Of a stretch of DNA of 64,000 nucleotides, positions 1 to 14,900 are shown in pieces. Within the stretch, counting starts at the first letter, position 1, and the number at the start of each line of letters is the position of its first letter. Below the pieces are notes generated by a model. That model made no database searches. It saw only the letters and a program-made list of their open reading frames with translations, and had not been told where the DNA came from. Origin of the DNA: Aplysia californica (taxonomy: Eukaryota); assembly GCF_000002075.1 (NCBI RefSeq), contig NW_004797336.1:34315-98314 (forward strand), given 5' to 3'. The position numbers and the translations under genes are program-made.

Positions 1-129
1 ACACTCCGCCTTTGAAGGGGTTGCACCTTCTGCAGACGAAGCAGTGGGTCTATTTATATCCCCCCGACCCACTGGGGGTCAGAGAGAGAGAGAGAGAATA
101 AAAATATTTTCAGCAGGCCATTGAGAACC

Positions 130-480
130 AGTAATGAGCACAAACTCTACTGCTGAAAATATTGCCATTACTTATTCAAAACGGTTCTTACTTTCACAAA
201 ATCCTCACTCAAAATTGGCATTCACTTAAAATCGTCACGACGTCCTCAAAACATTAAGCCTCACTTGAAAATGGCATTTACTTAGAATTATCATGACCTC
301 TTCAAAACAGTCATTGCTTATTCAAAATCTCTATGCCTTTTAACCAAAATTATCACTTGGGTCATTAAATCATCATGACCTCTTCAAAACAGTCTTTAAT
401 TAATCAAAATGTGTATGCCTTACTCAAAATCTCTATTTCGGTTATTAAATTATCACGACTTCCTCAAAATATTATTTGCT
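130..480. repeat. Degenerate minisatellite (about 20-bp CAAAA-anchored subunits, about 80-bp higher-order period)
   Basis: AAT(T/C)ATCA(T/C)GAC...CAAAA recurs at about 286, 368 and 448. Confidence 0.5.
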
Positions 481-780
481 AAAATATTGCCAAGTGGGAA
501 GTGTGTTGACAAAACGAGTCAATTCTCAGATTTTATCTTAAAGAACACAGACATAGGCCAGATTTATAGGTTTAATTTGTACACTTAATTATATTAGATG
601 AAAAAACAAACTATATAACTTGAAGAAAATCCCATCAGTTCAAAATGTACAAATTTGAAATTGAAGTGTGCATATTTTCAGCCGACATCTCCATACATGG
701 ATTGCGAGAAGTAACTTATTTTGTCTGTGAAATAATAGTAATAATAATTGATTTCATTTATATAGCACTCTATCTCATAC

Positions 781-1140
781 AATGTCTTCATCGACCTGAG
801 GCAGGCGTATGACCGTGTGTAGAGAAAGGGACTGTTCTACAAAATGCAAAAGCTTGGGATAGCAGGAAGGATGTACAGCTGAATCAAGAACTTTCTGTCT
901 TGCAGAACTATCCAGACACCATATGACAGCAAGATTTCTTCACAGAGGACACTCGAGAAAGGCCTCCCACAGGGGCCAGCACTCAGCTGTATCCTCTTCC
1001 TGTTGTTCATGAACGACTTGCCAGATGTCATCTCCTGCCAGAAAGCACTCTATGCTGACGACTTGCTCATCTGGAGCAAAGGAAGTGACATGAGAGCACT
1101 GACCAAGCCATCAACGCAGACGTAACTACTATCTCGTCCT
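781..1140 (+). mobile_element. Degenerate non-LTR retrotransposon reverse-transcriptase fragment
   Basis: Translates as VFIDLRQAYDRV*...GLPQGPALSCILFLLFMNDLP...ALYADDLLIW, with in-frame stops. Confidence 0.85.
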
Positions 1141-1318
1141 TACAAAGCCTGCTCTACTCTGGCGTTGACCAGATGACAAGGACATGTGGTTACTTGAGAG
1201 ACGCATTGCGCTGCCAAGAGCGAAATGTTCGCAGCTAAAGGGATTTGAAAACAACAACAACAACATCTCATACAAGTATTATCTCCGCGCATGCCTCACA
1301 TATATTGTTATTACTTAC

Positions 1319-1817
1319 TCAAGATCGTAATAGGCTCCTGAGGCAATGTCACAGCCGACACAGAGGTCAGAGGCGAGCCATCCGTCTGCAGCCAGTGCAC
1401 CGTGGGAAGGTGGTGGGGATGGTGGTTCATCACGGCAACGCTCGATGCCAGCATGTCAGCCGCCGTGCCAAAACTGACAGTCTGGTGGGGGACCGTGCAA
1501 GGGATCTCCATCATGGAGGAGCTGTCCAGATTAGGCGCGGGCAGGATCTGCACAGGGATCACGGAGCAGCTGAGGAGCGAGTCTGACTCCTGCCCGCCAA
1601 CCCCAACCGTCGCTGCAGCTGTCTGGACGGTACACAGAACCGAGGGTGGGGGGAGGGGCTTGGACTGGGACAGAGGCAGCAGGAGACTTTTGGCTGGGAG
1701 CAGAGCTGTGGCTGTGGCTGCTGTTGTAGTTGACACCGTCTCTTGCGACATGACGGGAGGCATAGCAACTGTAGAGGTATTGATGGGGACCACTGAGGTG
1801 GATTTTTCAGACTTAAC
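1319..1817 (-). CDS. BTB-ZF gene exon (Thr/Pro/Val-rich); gene continues beyond the window
   Basis: Acceptor TTTTCCTTCCAG; open frame; consensus donor A|GTAAGT at 1318. Confidence 0.75.
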
Positions 1818-4800
1818 CTGGAAGGAAAAGAAAGCCGAGGGGTGGGGAGGGGGATTAGTAAACTCAATGCTGACGAGTTGATCTAACTAAAGCAACTATA
1901 TGAGTACAAAGGTTGTGACTAAGTTTTCAAACAGATTTGATTTTAACTCACTCACCACCATTATCGCACCTGTCGTCAGTCAATAGGCGACAACTGCTCA
2001 CCGCCGCTAGCGCACCCTTGTCGGTCACGTATTATCCTCTTTATTTCTACTAATTTCCAACACATATGCATACCCAATCACAAGAGTAACATCCCTTTGA
2101 CCATTCAGAGCAGTTTCACTTTATTACAATGTGTCCCTGCCTGTTTTTGGAACGGGAGTTCCCTTTGTCTTATTTCTGGGTTTTGTCTTGAACTTCGGGC
2201 GGCCAAAGTCAACAAATGTTCATGCCGATATGAATTGAAAAAGGCGCATAATTTTAGAGATTCTGAATCCATATGATTCAACAAACTGAGATAATGAAGT
2301 GCAAAATAATGGTAGTGATGGTTGTTTGAGATGAGAGAAAGAGGTAGACAACCTGTCGACAGCAGTGTAGGTTAGTAGTACTAATACTAGATCTAGTACG
2401 AGAGTCTAGTACGACGACAAATGATTCAAGCGATAGCGTTTGAAATAGTGTAGCCTAAGTCATCATAAACTTATAAATTTAGTTTTCTTTGTTTTGTTAT
2501 AGATTTTTGTGTGTATTTTAGGACAGAAACTGCATCACTCTCACAAAAACAGCAAAAATATTGTACTGGCTAGTTTGGCCAAAACAAGAGGTTTTGGTTC
2601 CCAAAATTCGTCGATTTTTTAAAAGCTATAAAACATGAACAAAAGAACATACAGTCAAAATTCTCTCTGTTTTGTAAAGCTCAACATCTCCAACTGAAAC
2701 TGGCCAATTTTCATAAATCTTACATAAATAGATAGAGAGTAACTGGATTTTGAAAAAGGTAAAAAAAAAAAGCTGGCAGGCAGCGGCTTGGTCGGAGCTA
2801 AGGCGCCGGCAGCAAGTGAGTTAATAGTGTCCCTTTTCAAAAAGGACTTAACCACTTTCCTTTGAAACTTGAAACAAATGTTTTCTAATTAACAACATTT
2901 AGCGCAATCAAAAGACAGCTACTTCAGACTAACTAGTCATGATCAACCCAGCAGAAAGATCAAGACACTCAACTGAATATGTAGGCTTATATAACCACAT
3001 ATAGGATGCAATTTTTTTAACCTAAAAATCAGTGCTTCAAAGTTGCCGTGTCTTATCCAAGGGATCCGAAATAAGATCTGCAAACCCAAAGTGTATTAAT
3101 ATTAGATCCAAAGACATGACAAAACCACACAGCCAGACCTGGCCACTTCGAACAGAGCTCTTTTCGCTGCAGGCAACACCTTCATTCTTCAGCACAGATG
3201 GTAACACCAGTGTGGGAGGCTGGAGGGTGGACAGGGGCTGGGTAAGCAGACGCTGGATCCGACTTCCCTCAAACCGTGATCGTCCAGACTTTCCAGATGC
3301 TGCAGATTTTTTCAGACCAGACTTTCCACCATCAGATTTCCTTTTCTGATTTGGATATTTTAAGCTCGGGTCTGTTTTCATCTGGAGAGAAGAACGGGAA
3401 ACAATTCATTGAACAATTCTCATTCTGCACTCTCTCAACAAGCTCCTTCATATTAAAAATGAAGTGGCAAAAATGTGGGGGTGGGGGGGGGGGATATTTT
3501 TGGACAATAAAATCATAACTATGTCTTAATCCTTTTAGCCATCTCATCCTCTCAGTCAAAGAAAATTCAATCCGCTATATGAAAATCCTCGCTTTTAAAA
3601 AAAACAAGGGCATTATCCGCAATAAGTCACACCTCAAACAATAACCATGTGGTCTAAAAGTCCTACCCATTAAAAGCTTATCCCTTATTGGGTATGGAAA
3701 TATAGCAAAGACTGTTCAAAATCAGCGACAAAAGATTCCAGTGCATCCCACACAGCCACACGTAAACACCCACTCTGTACACAGCAACAAGTGCTCTGTC
3801 AGGAAGCAGCACACAGCAGAAGCACACAATCCAAAGTGAAATTTTTAAGAACTTTGGGAATTGAGATCTTGCAACTTTGTACAGGATTCACAAAGCCATT
3901 TTATGAAAAGAACTGAGACTCAAATTTATTAAGTGTAAAACCTGAAAGATGCATCAATCTTAAAAGTTAAAAAGTTGCAAAATGCAAAGGTTCAAATGTT
4001 GTATGACAAATTTAGGCTTGAACCCTACTCTCCTCTCCCCCCCCCCCCCCCCCCCCCACTATTTTCTAGCAACACCAACAGCGACAGCAACAGCGACAAC
4101 AACATAGAGGTCACTGCTACCTTCTCCACAAGTGCCTGCATAGCAACGGCAAGTCCAGCTGGATCCAAGTCCTTGTTTTCTTGGTTGAGCTGTGTACAGC
4201 AGGAAGAGAGAGCACATAGAATGAGTTACAAAATTACGGTTGGGATCATTCAATTAAAAATGAAACTGCAGTGACACGCATAATTCAGGGATGACGACCT
4301 GCAGAAAAAAATCCATAGTAGCCAAAGAGTGACCCCCTGCTTTTTTTTGGTGAAAGCCAACCTTCCTTTAAGCCTTTGTTGAGCCCTAACTTCCTGAGGC
4401 TACCAAGCCCCTCTGCCTGAGCTCCTGAGCGATTCACGCTTTCATATCATCATCAGAAGCACATTCCATATCACCCACTAAAGGTAGTCCTCATCATTAC
4501 CAGCATCTAATTCAGAAAGATCATCAAAATAATCAATAACGTCCTGAGTGGTAAACACTGTTTTCCGTGCACGTTTTGTCCCCAACGAGCCGGTTTGGGG
4601 AAAGGGTCTCACTCACTGGTATACCGGTGGCCAGGCACACCCGTAATTTAATGTGCCACTGACCGGCGGCTACGGCTTAAAGGGTTAACAGTAAAGAATT
4701 ATCGCTTTATCACTGCTTCAAATGTTTTTCAGCAGAACATCATCCCTTCATTACCAGTGTCAGTGTTCCTGGAATTACCCATTTTCATTTTATAGAAATA

Positions 4801-5887
4801 CTACAAATTCAATTCAGATAACTTTCTACCCTCAATAACACCTTCATCCTCAACAGCATGGTACTCGAATGCATGCCTTAACCTGCCGTGGTGTAAATCT
4901 AGCAGTCAATTCAAAGAAGCTCAGAAGAACAGTGCCAGTGAACTCAAGGCTCAAAGGGTTAAAAGCTGATAGATTGATAAACACAGTAAAATGATTTAGG
5001 ATGTAGGCAAAATCTGGAACTAAAATGAAATGTCTGTCTTACACAGTACAGAAGGGGCAGCCATAACTATGTGAGGCGTACTGACAAAATGAGTTTTTTC
5101 TCGGATTTTATCCCTCCAATGGACATAGTAATGTCAAATTTATAGGTTGAGTCTGTACAATTCATTAGCATGAAATGATAAAAGACATTTTAGACTCGAA
5201 GAAAATGCTATCAGTTGAAAATCTACAAAGTCCAGCCATGTGTTGATTTTTGGCCGATGTCTCCATTTGTGGAATGCAACAAGTGACTCATTTTGTCAGC
5301 AAGTCTCACATATCAACCTCTCCAAGTAACCTAGGCTGAGAAACAAATTTAAAACCTAAATTGCCTGTACAGGAGGATGGAGTCAACTAAGTGAATAGTC
5401 AAACATTGACAAATGAGAATACAAATTCTGAAATTGACCTCCAAAAAGAGATCTTATTTGTCTGCACAACTTCATTACAAGACGGTACTCTCCTTCCCGA
5501 CCACCCTAACCCTGTCATACCTCTGCCAACTCAAAGATTAAGCAACTCGCATCCATCAGAGTCATAAAACCATCACTAGTCTAGATCAGGGCTGTACTGG
5601 GTGTTATGAAGGAGGCACCTCAAATATGTAGTGGTACTATTGAAATCTTGACAACCTTTATCCCGCAAAAGGCACTAACCTTTTTAATAATGACATTGAC
5701 TCTATCATCGTCAAAGCTGTGTTTGCCTTTCAGGTGGTTCTTCATGTTGCCCTGTGTAGTGCTGCTGTAGTCGCACTCGGGGCATGAAAATGGACGGTTG
5801 CCTGGTGCAAAAGAATTTGTAAAGACGTGAGAGGTCAAACACACACTCACATACATATAAAGGCGCACACACACACACACGCACACA

Positions 5888-5929
<42 letters not shown>

Positions 5930-8900
5930 AACAGACACACACATGATATGATAGAATCTGGCACTATCAAATTTTGGACATGATATGAATTTATTCGTAT
6001 CATTTCAATCTTGTTCATTTGTCTTAATCTTGATTAAAAAATAACCCAACTATCTTGTTTCCGTTTAGTAAGAGTTTTAGGGCGCTCGCAACTGCATACG
6101 ATCATACGAGTGCGCGAAACAAGTTGGTTCTATTTGCAACAGTTCACTGCACAGCCTGAGTTTGGTCAATATTTCTATTAAAATAGGGGGTTTCATGAAA
6201 AAATTTTAAAATCATTAATTAGAACAAGATACATGTCACTATGTAGAGCTAAAAGAGCTGAGAAAATTTTTTTTAAACAGCATGAAGATTGGATAAACGG
6301 TTCAAAGGTTATGCAAGTTTTTTGTTGGGAATTTGGCCACATTTCGGGAATCATTAATTACTTACTTATATAGACAAGAGGATGGCACCAAAATGTGCCA
6401 AAATGAGGCATGAGAAAGACAACTTAGCAACAGTTTTCATTAATTCAAAGAGAACGTTGCCTGCAAAACAAATGACAATCATACATTTCCAGAAAGGTTA
6501 TGTAATGGCCCACATTATAAACAATGTGTTTTGTAATATGCAGTCACGTGACCAAATATGGCCGCCATTGATGAAACCCACAACAGATTTTGACTTACAA
6601 GTGACATAACATCAATGTTTTAAGTCAAAAGTGTACAAAAGTACATATTTTCTTAATCAGCACGACTAGGCGCGTCTAACGAACTGTAAAAAAAGCAACA
6701 ATAAATCTTCTTTTTTTTTTTTTTAATCATATTTCACCCCAAAAAAATGAATGTAGTTGGGCATGAAAACCACGAACACAGAAAACTGAAAATCTTGAAT
6801 AGCTCGTACAAATTGCCATTCCTTGACTGATATCTCTTGAATTTTTCATCACCTTTAGCCCGTAACCCAAATTATGGACATGTCGAAGACGTTTGCCATC
6901 CCCCGATGTATTTAAATTATTCGTGCCTGAAGTTAGTGATTATGAATCTAATTCCATAAGAATACCAACAGTCTTGAGCAAAAGTATACATTCTTTAGAT
7001 CAGCAAAAAGTGAAGAATCCAATGAAAGAGCATACAACCAAAGATCAGATGGATACAGAGGAAGAGAACCAGCGTCTGTGGTGTAGCAGTTAAGAGCTTC
7101 GCTTTCATAAGCAGGAGACCTAGTGTTGATTCCCCAGAGGAGAGAAAATTGTTATCTTTGCTCTTCAAAAAAAGAAACGCATAACCAAGTGCATGTGTTT
7201 TCGTGATAATAAAATATGTAAATATGAGGTTTTGTGCATGCTAGTTTTTTTCACACATATGTGCGACTTGTTGTCTTGAACTTTTCACAACAAATTTCAT
7301 CCTTTAATCACAGGTAGGCGCAGCCTGAGCTGTTGAATTGCATGATAATTAAGAGTTAAAAAGCTAACAAATTGTCTAATTTCGTGAGTAGCCGCACGGA
7401 ATTTGGCGAGTGAGTTCATTCACAGAGTGGCTATATAAAAGGCCCAAAAAAATCAGTTTCATCCCTGTCAGTTCAGCGATACACCATTCCACAACTAACA
7501 ATAGAAGAGCGAAACCAGGCTATTAGACGTTTGCAAGCCGGAGAAAGCTAAACTAAGGTTACCACACATTTCAACGTGTCAGTCTACCATCAGCCCACTT
7601 TTTGCAAGGTTTCAACAGTTCAACTCCACTGTCGATCAACCAAGAAGTTGATGGCCAAGGGCAACATCTCGAGCCCAAGATCGCTTTATTCAGCTTCATC
7701 ACCTGCGGGATGGTTTTGTGCCTGCCTTTTCAACGGCCCAAGCGCTTTGGAATGTCATCAGAATTTCCGACCAGACAGTACACAACCGACTCCGAGAAAG
7801 AGGGCTCTGCGCATATCGACCTGTTTTAAGGACATTGTTGATGGACCGGCATCGCCAACAGCGGAGACAATGTGCCACTCAGCACATCAACTGGAAGCTA
7901 CAGAACTGGCGGCACGTACGGTTCAGTGATGAATCAAATTTTCTCATCTCTCGACACGACCGACGTCGAAAAGAGAGGTTCGCTACTGGATGCATCTCCC
8001 AGGCCTTATCGTATGGTGGTGGCAGTGTGATGGTGTGGGGAGAAATCAGCCACACTGACAGGAGCAACCTGGTGAGAGCACAATGCAATCTGGCAGCCCA
8101 GGCCTACATCAAACAACGTCCTCCTACAACATGCCCTTCCATTGCTTCAACAACCAGGGGCAATCTTCCAGCAGGACAATGCCAGACCGCATGCTGCCAG
8201 AGTAACTAGAGACTTTAGGAACAATGTCCAGACACTCCCATGGCCTTCAAATTCACCGGATATGAACGCTATAGAACACATTTGGGATGCTTTGGACAGA
8301 CGTCTCCGGAACAGAGTTGTCGCCCCTGCCACTCCAGATGAACTGTTTGCCGCCTTGGATGAAGAGCGGAGGGCAATACCACTCCCCAACATTCGTCATC
8401 TCATCGCCTCCATGCCTAGAAGATGTCAAGCGGTGCTCCAGTCAGCAGGAGGCCACACCCGGTACAGAATGGCCGCCCTTGCATGGACGGATTGGAGCAT
8501 CCAATTGATTGTTCAAAATCAATTCAGCTTTGAGGATAATCAATAAACAGCAATGAAAAAAATTACAAAATGTATTTTCTTTCCTTCATTTATATCAAAA
8601 GTTATTCAGTGCTATATATACGATTATACACGATGGCCCATATGGTTAATTTATGCGTTTCTAGTATTTTTTAACAGTATAGTATTTCTGTCTTTCTACT
8701 GTGAAGTTGTATCTCTCTCAGTCCAGGTTGGCCCAAACAGACAGGAAAGGGGTGTAAAATAACCTACATTTAATTTATTTTTTTTTTAAACACCAAGAAG
8801 CAGGGCACGAAAGGCAGAATTATAACAATAATAAATCAACAACACAGAGATGTTTTCAACTGCTGGAGCATTAGGAGAAACATTAAACAAAAACAATATA

Positions 8901-11900
8901 AGCATACATAACAATCAAGAGAAAGATGTTTGCTTCTCGCCTCGACACCATAAGTATAAAAGTTGACAGAGACTGCAAAAGGTAGGCAAAGCGCATAATA
9001 AGTAAACTCCCTACGATACAATGCCATATTACCAATTACCAGACCAGCAATATTCTCAGTCAACAAGGTTCCATTTTTTCATTTCACCACTGAAATTCAA
9101 AGTAACATGGGCTTCTGAGCCACTGAACTTGGCAGGAGCAACAATCATAATAATATCCTTCTTCTGAGGAGCTCAATACCTATTTCACCTTGCCTTGCTG
9201 CCAAGTGAACTTATCTTCAAGATTTTTCAACTTCGCTTTAATTTTGCACCCAATGACTACTGTGAAATGCACACACAGTCTGAGTATACGCTTTTGACCT
9301 GACCGCCCCCAACCTCCAGCCCATCGATCAAGATTTTCTAGTACCTGACCTGCGCTTTCTTCAACCAATCTTTTCCTTCTTGGATTGATACGAATTCACT
9401 CTTTTTATCACATTGGAGGAGGACCAAAGCCCACCACATTTTTCAATATCCTTTGAAAGTTTCATTTTAGTTTCAACTTTCGTCAAAAGTATCTTTGGCC
9501 GTTAATAATAATATTGGTCACCCTTGTGCTACCAGAACTAGTAATACCTTTGATGGCAGTTGTTTGTTTACATCAGATACATTAAAAATCCAGTTATTTG
9601 ACCCTGACTTCTGGCTCTGCGGGTGAATTTTTTTTTTACCTTACGAAGTGAACTAGGGTAGTGTAGTGAAGTTCGATTTTCTTCTACAAAACTAATCATT
9701 TTTAACAAAAATGACATTTCTAGAGAGCTACATGATATATCTATCAGTATAACTTGCCCCGGGAGCGTTTTCCATCGTTAATAAAAAAAATTTAGAAGAT
9801 AAAATATATATTTTATAATAACTTTTTACACAAGCGTCGTTTAAACTCCGGGTGGGTTGTAAACTCTCCAGCGTCCAATTCTACTACAGAATCATGTGAT
9901 TTCTACTGCCACCTACTACAATTAGCGATGGAAAATTCAGCTCGAATAAACCGCTAGAAACGGGCTGCGCTCTAAATTTGTAAAAATTTGTGTGACACGT
10001 GTTGTGGCAGAACGCGTACCGACCCTGTAGTTTTAACTAAAAAATGTATAATATTAGACATTTCTCCCCCCCATTGAACCTAATATGGAAACAAAAACCA
10101 CATATATACCTCTCGTTTCATGTTGGATTAATGATGCTAGGCTAGAACTAATAAAGTTATGAGCCGAGAAAGAGGAAAAAAACGGGATTTTCGCAGAAAT
10201 TCCCACTCGCCAGTCGAGCGTGAAACCCCCTAATTAAAATCTTAAAATGCTAAAAATTTTAAGTAAATAAATTTTTTCATTTAAAATAACTTTTTACATA
10301 ACATTAAAACTTTTAAGGTTTTTCATAACTTTCCGTAAGGGCCAATGGCTTTTATAAAATTAAGGATTCTGTCGGGATCAACGACGGAAAACAGATGTTG
10401 CAAATTTTTACACTTAAAATATTTCCTTTGCGTCTCTCCTAAGCCTAAATGTTCTGTTAAAATGTGTCTAATGGTAAAATCTGTGTCACATCCAACACAA
10501 AACTGCTTCTCATCTCCCTGAAGGAGGTATTTATGTGTCAGGGACGTGTGTCCGATGCGTAATCGAATAAAAATGACTTCGGCTCTTCTAGAGAGGCCCG
10601 AAGGTTTTCATGGACCCAGTTGGAGCTTAATGTTGTGTAGTTTGTTGTTGGTTTGGTTCTTCCAATGGGTCTCCCACAGACTGGAAGTGTAGTGTTTGAC
10701 TTTATTTTTAAAGTCAGTCTGTGGGAAGAGTGTTTGTCGTTGATCCCAAACGAAGGAACAAGGATTCCTTTGCCAGGAGATCCACCTGCTCATTTCCTTG
10801 GGTGCCCACATGGCTAGGAAGCCATGTGAACATGATACTTTTCCCAGTTTCAGTCAAAGCATGTATTTTTTGTTGTAACCTTACTATTTTTGGGTGTAAG
10901 AGTGTGTAGTTTGTAAGTGAGGTGATGCAAGACAGAGAGTCAGATAGGATAAGGAAAGATTTGTTGGGGGAATTTTCTACAGAGTCCAGTGCCAATCTGC
11001 CATGTCAATGACAGTGTCCTCCGCACAGAAAATGGAGGCTTCAAGATGAAGTCTCCTCTGGTGTGTACTGTTTGAAGATAGGGCAGCAGCCATCACAGGA
11101 TAGTCTGATTTAAAGTGAGCCATCGGTGAAGATTAGCTCCGCACCAGGGTATTTTTTCTATAAGTTTTTTGTATTCTGCTTTAAATGTTTTGTTGCTTGT
11201 AGTCAGCTGTAAGTCAACTTTTGCCTTGGTGAGGTATCATGGAGGGAGGTTGGGGAAAAGAAATTGTTGAATGTCTTGTTTGGAAAAGTGTATGTTTTTT
11301 AGGTCCTCAAGGACTCGGAGGCCGAATGGTTTGATGAGTTTTTTGATGTTTTTGAATTTGTTTATAGTGTCTAGGTTTGTTTTGAAAATGCAGTCATGTG
11401 CTGGGTTCTCTGGTGTTGAACTCTGTTTAATTGCGTATTGTAGTGAGAGTTGTGGGCGTCTGAGTGTTAGTGATGGTATGCTTGCCATGGCCTGCAGGCT
11501 CCCCACTGGAGAAGTGCGGAAAGCCCCCATGGTGAGGCAGAGTCATTGGTTTTGTATTGGGTCTAGCATGTTTAGGTCATGGCGTTTTGTCAACAGCGAT
11601 AGTCAAACCTGGATCGGACAAGGGAAATGTATAAGTGGAGAAGGTGTTCTGAGTCCCCACCCCACTCCGGATGCGATAAAATTTTCAAAGCGCTTAAAGC
11701 TTTCTGGCACTTCACACGGAGGTCTTTTATGAGTGGAATGAATGTGAATTTTTTGTCAAATATAATGTAGAGAAAACGAGCCTGGTCCTGGACGGGAATC
11801 CTTTCCCCATATAATGTCAAATCCAGCCTGCAGTACACATCTGCCTGATCGACAGAAGTGTACTGCAACCGTCTTATACAGGGAAAACTTGAAACCGTTA

Positions 11901-14900
11901 TTATTTGCCCATTTTTCAAGTTTGTGCAGCTGCGTTCCATAGATCTTAGTTGAGGATTTTTCTAACAGCAACATATCAGAAACTCGTCAATGTTTAACGA
12001 GCTGCCTATGCCATTTTGAAGGGTCTTAACGACGGACTATTTTAATCTTGAATAGGAGAGGAGAAAGGATGCTTCCCTGGGGTACACCTTCCTCCTGTTG
12101 GTCGGGATTTTTTGAAAGGGAGGATCCGACATGAACCTGGAAGGAACGGTTCTTCAGGAAGTTTCCAATGAAGGCAAGGAGGTGATCGCGTATGCCGAGA
12201 GCATGCAGGTCTCTGAGAATGCCGTACTTCCAGGTTGTGTCGAAGGCTTTTTCAATGGCGATCATGTGGCCTCCTTCTGCAAACGTCTAGTGTATGAAGG
12301 TCTCCGTGTGGACCAGATGATCCAGAGTGGATCGAGTTTTCCTGAATCTGCACTGGAGACCACTCAGCCAACCCGTCATCTCAAGAAACCACCTGAGTCG
12401 CCTGGGAATCACTTTTTCTATAAGTTTGCATAGACAGCTCGTCAGTGCTATTGGTCTGTAATTGGATAGGTGTGTGTGTTCTTTGTTAAGTTTAAGTATT
12501 GGAATGACAGTAGCGAGACAACAAGACTCTGGAAACGAGTGCGACTGCCACATGTCAGAGTATAAATCTAGTAGGAGTGTTAAGTGTTTCTGTGGGTAAA
12601 TGCTTAATGATCTGGTTGTGGATGTCATCTGGACCTAGGGCTGTATTTCCCAGGTCCAAGATGCACGATGTTAGTTCGTCTAATGAGAAGTCTGCATTGT
12701 AGGTTTAGGTGTTGTTGTCCTGTTAGTTTTGATGTTTTGAAAGATGGTGTTGTAGTTTGCTTTGGATAAGTTTTTGGAGAGAGAAGTCGCTATTGTGTTT
12801 GCGATGTCTGCCTGTGTTTCGCTGTGGTTCCATCCGGCCTCTGGACGTGCCAGATGGTGTCTGAGCGTATACCCAAAACTTTTTTAGCGATTTTAAAAAT
12901 TAGGTTGAGTAGTGTCTGACTGTTGATTTTGGAGATGTATTTTCTTAACAATTGTCTTTTGCTCTCCCTGAGGCATCTACGTGCCTCAGCCCAAGCTTTT
13001 AAATAATTTATTTTATTTTCTGTGGTGGTGTTGTCGATGGCTCTCCGATATGCTGCCTTCTTGTTCATTACTGCATCATAACACTCCTCAGAGAACCAGA
13101 TCTTGTTTGGAAGATGTTTATGGTATGTATTTGTGACATATTTCTAGAAGCGTTTCATGGAATTTGTTGTGAGGTCAAAAGTGGGGTTCAAAATCTGGGG
13201 ACATTCAATGGTGAACCCGTCCCAGAGTGTTTTTGTTTTAATTGAAGCGTTCTGGGATCGGATCATTTTAGGGCTATTGTTTTTTAAAAGAATTGGGAAA
13301 TGGTCTGTACGGTCATCCAGCACAGACCCCTCAAGTTCTGGGACTAGGTCAGGGGTACAAAAGGTGAGGTCAAAGGATGAAGTGCCAAAAGTGAATCTGT
13401 TTCTGTAAGTGGGGAGACCTGTCATTTAAGAGGAAAATATTATGAAACGAAAAAATCTTGTATTAATTTTCCTTTTATGGTGTGTGGGTTTGTCTTCCCA
13501 AAGGGGGCTGTGGGCATTAAAGTCACCTAGCAAAATAAAGGGTTTTGGGAGGTGGAGCTTTAAATCATTTAGTGGACTTATTTTGAGGGGGTAATTTGGT
13601 GGGATACAAAGGGAGCAGATCATGATTGGTTTGTGCAGGGTGACCTGTACGGCAAGAGCCTGGAGGGTCTGCTTAAGACGAACTTGTCTTTGAAGTGCCT
13701 TGTTGTCGGTGTAGAAGGAGGTTCAACCGGAAGCAATCTAATCTGGTTCTCCGTGTGAATATGATGATACACAGTAAATCCTTTTAAGTCTGTGGTTGTA
13801 CCTGGGGCGAACTTTGTATACAAGTGGGCATAGTGTGGCCTGTAAGTGTTGCAATTCTTCATTGGAAGGTTGGAGTCAACCAGCATTCCATTGCAGGACT
13901 GTTATTATGAAGGATTTTTTACTTTGGAGCACATAGACCCTGGCTTCGAAGAAACACTCTGATTCTTCCTTGCGGGGGAGGCAGAGTGTTTTCTAGACTG
14001 CCGCCCTGGATTGGGCGGCGGCCTAGTGGGTGATTTGGGGGAGGAGTGGCCGGGGTAGGGGAGGAAGAAGACAAAGAAGGGATAGAAGAGGAGGGAGGGG
14101 AAGAAGAGAGGGTGGAGGAAGAGTCCACTCCATCCTCCCCTAGAACCCCAAATCAGTTAGACAGTGGCACTTCAAAGGTGGATGCCACAGAGCTAGAAGG
14201 GACCTTTTTCTTTTGTGCACAAAATCGCCTCTTGATCGCGGGCTCTGGGAAGTCAGCAGTAGAGGTACTGGCTGACTTCATGACTGGCCAGGCTGCCTTC
14301 GCATATGACTGGCCAGGAACAGGGGTAGCGATTAGCGGGCAGACAGCTTTATCTTGAACAGAAATAGAAATATTTGAGATTGAAAGAGTCAGGGGGTTAC
14401 TTGGTATCAGTGGTAAAATTAACTAAAGTTTGGTGATGCCCTTTGATCAACATTTTTCAGTAAATCCACACAGAAACAGAACGGTCATGAGCCCATGGCC
14501 CAAAACAAATTGATCAAAATAACCCAACAGGTAAAAAAAACATGTTGGTTTCTTCTATTTCATTATTTTGATGAGCGCCTGATTTCACCATGTTGCCACA
14601 CATACATAATCATACTATCGCAGACACAAACCCACACATCACACAAAGATTGTATTCACCCAAAGACTAACAACTGACCTGTGTGTGACCGGAAGTGGAC
14701 CTTGAGCTGTGTCCAGGTCTTGAAGCTCTTCTCACAAACCTTGCACTGATGCTTGCGGTCTTTCGAGTGCTTGTGAAAGATGTGGTTGTTGAAACTGTTA
14801 CGGTTCTGAAAAGCCTGTCAGAAAGAAAAGGACAGCTCACGCCATTTATCTCATGGAAAATGAGTTAACTACACTTCACTTATTCTGTACGCAATTATAC

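Noticed and set aside
130-480. CRISPR-like repeat/spacer pattern
   Set aside because: Units are degenerate tandem repeats without unique spacers; eukaryotic context with no cas genes.
1311-1318. Stop codon ending the BTB-ZF protein at 1311
   Set aside because: It overlaps a perfect GTAAGT donor at 1318, so splicing to an exon outside the window is more likely.
9600-10230. Possible MITE with GCGGGTGAATTT / GAAATTCCCACTCGC inverted ends
   Set aside because: The inverted match is too degenerate and no TSD could be identified.
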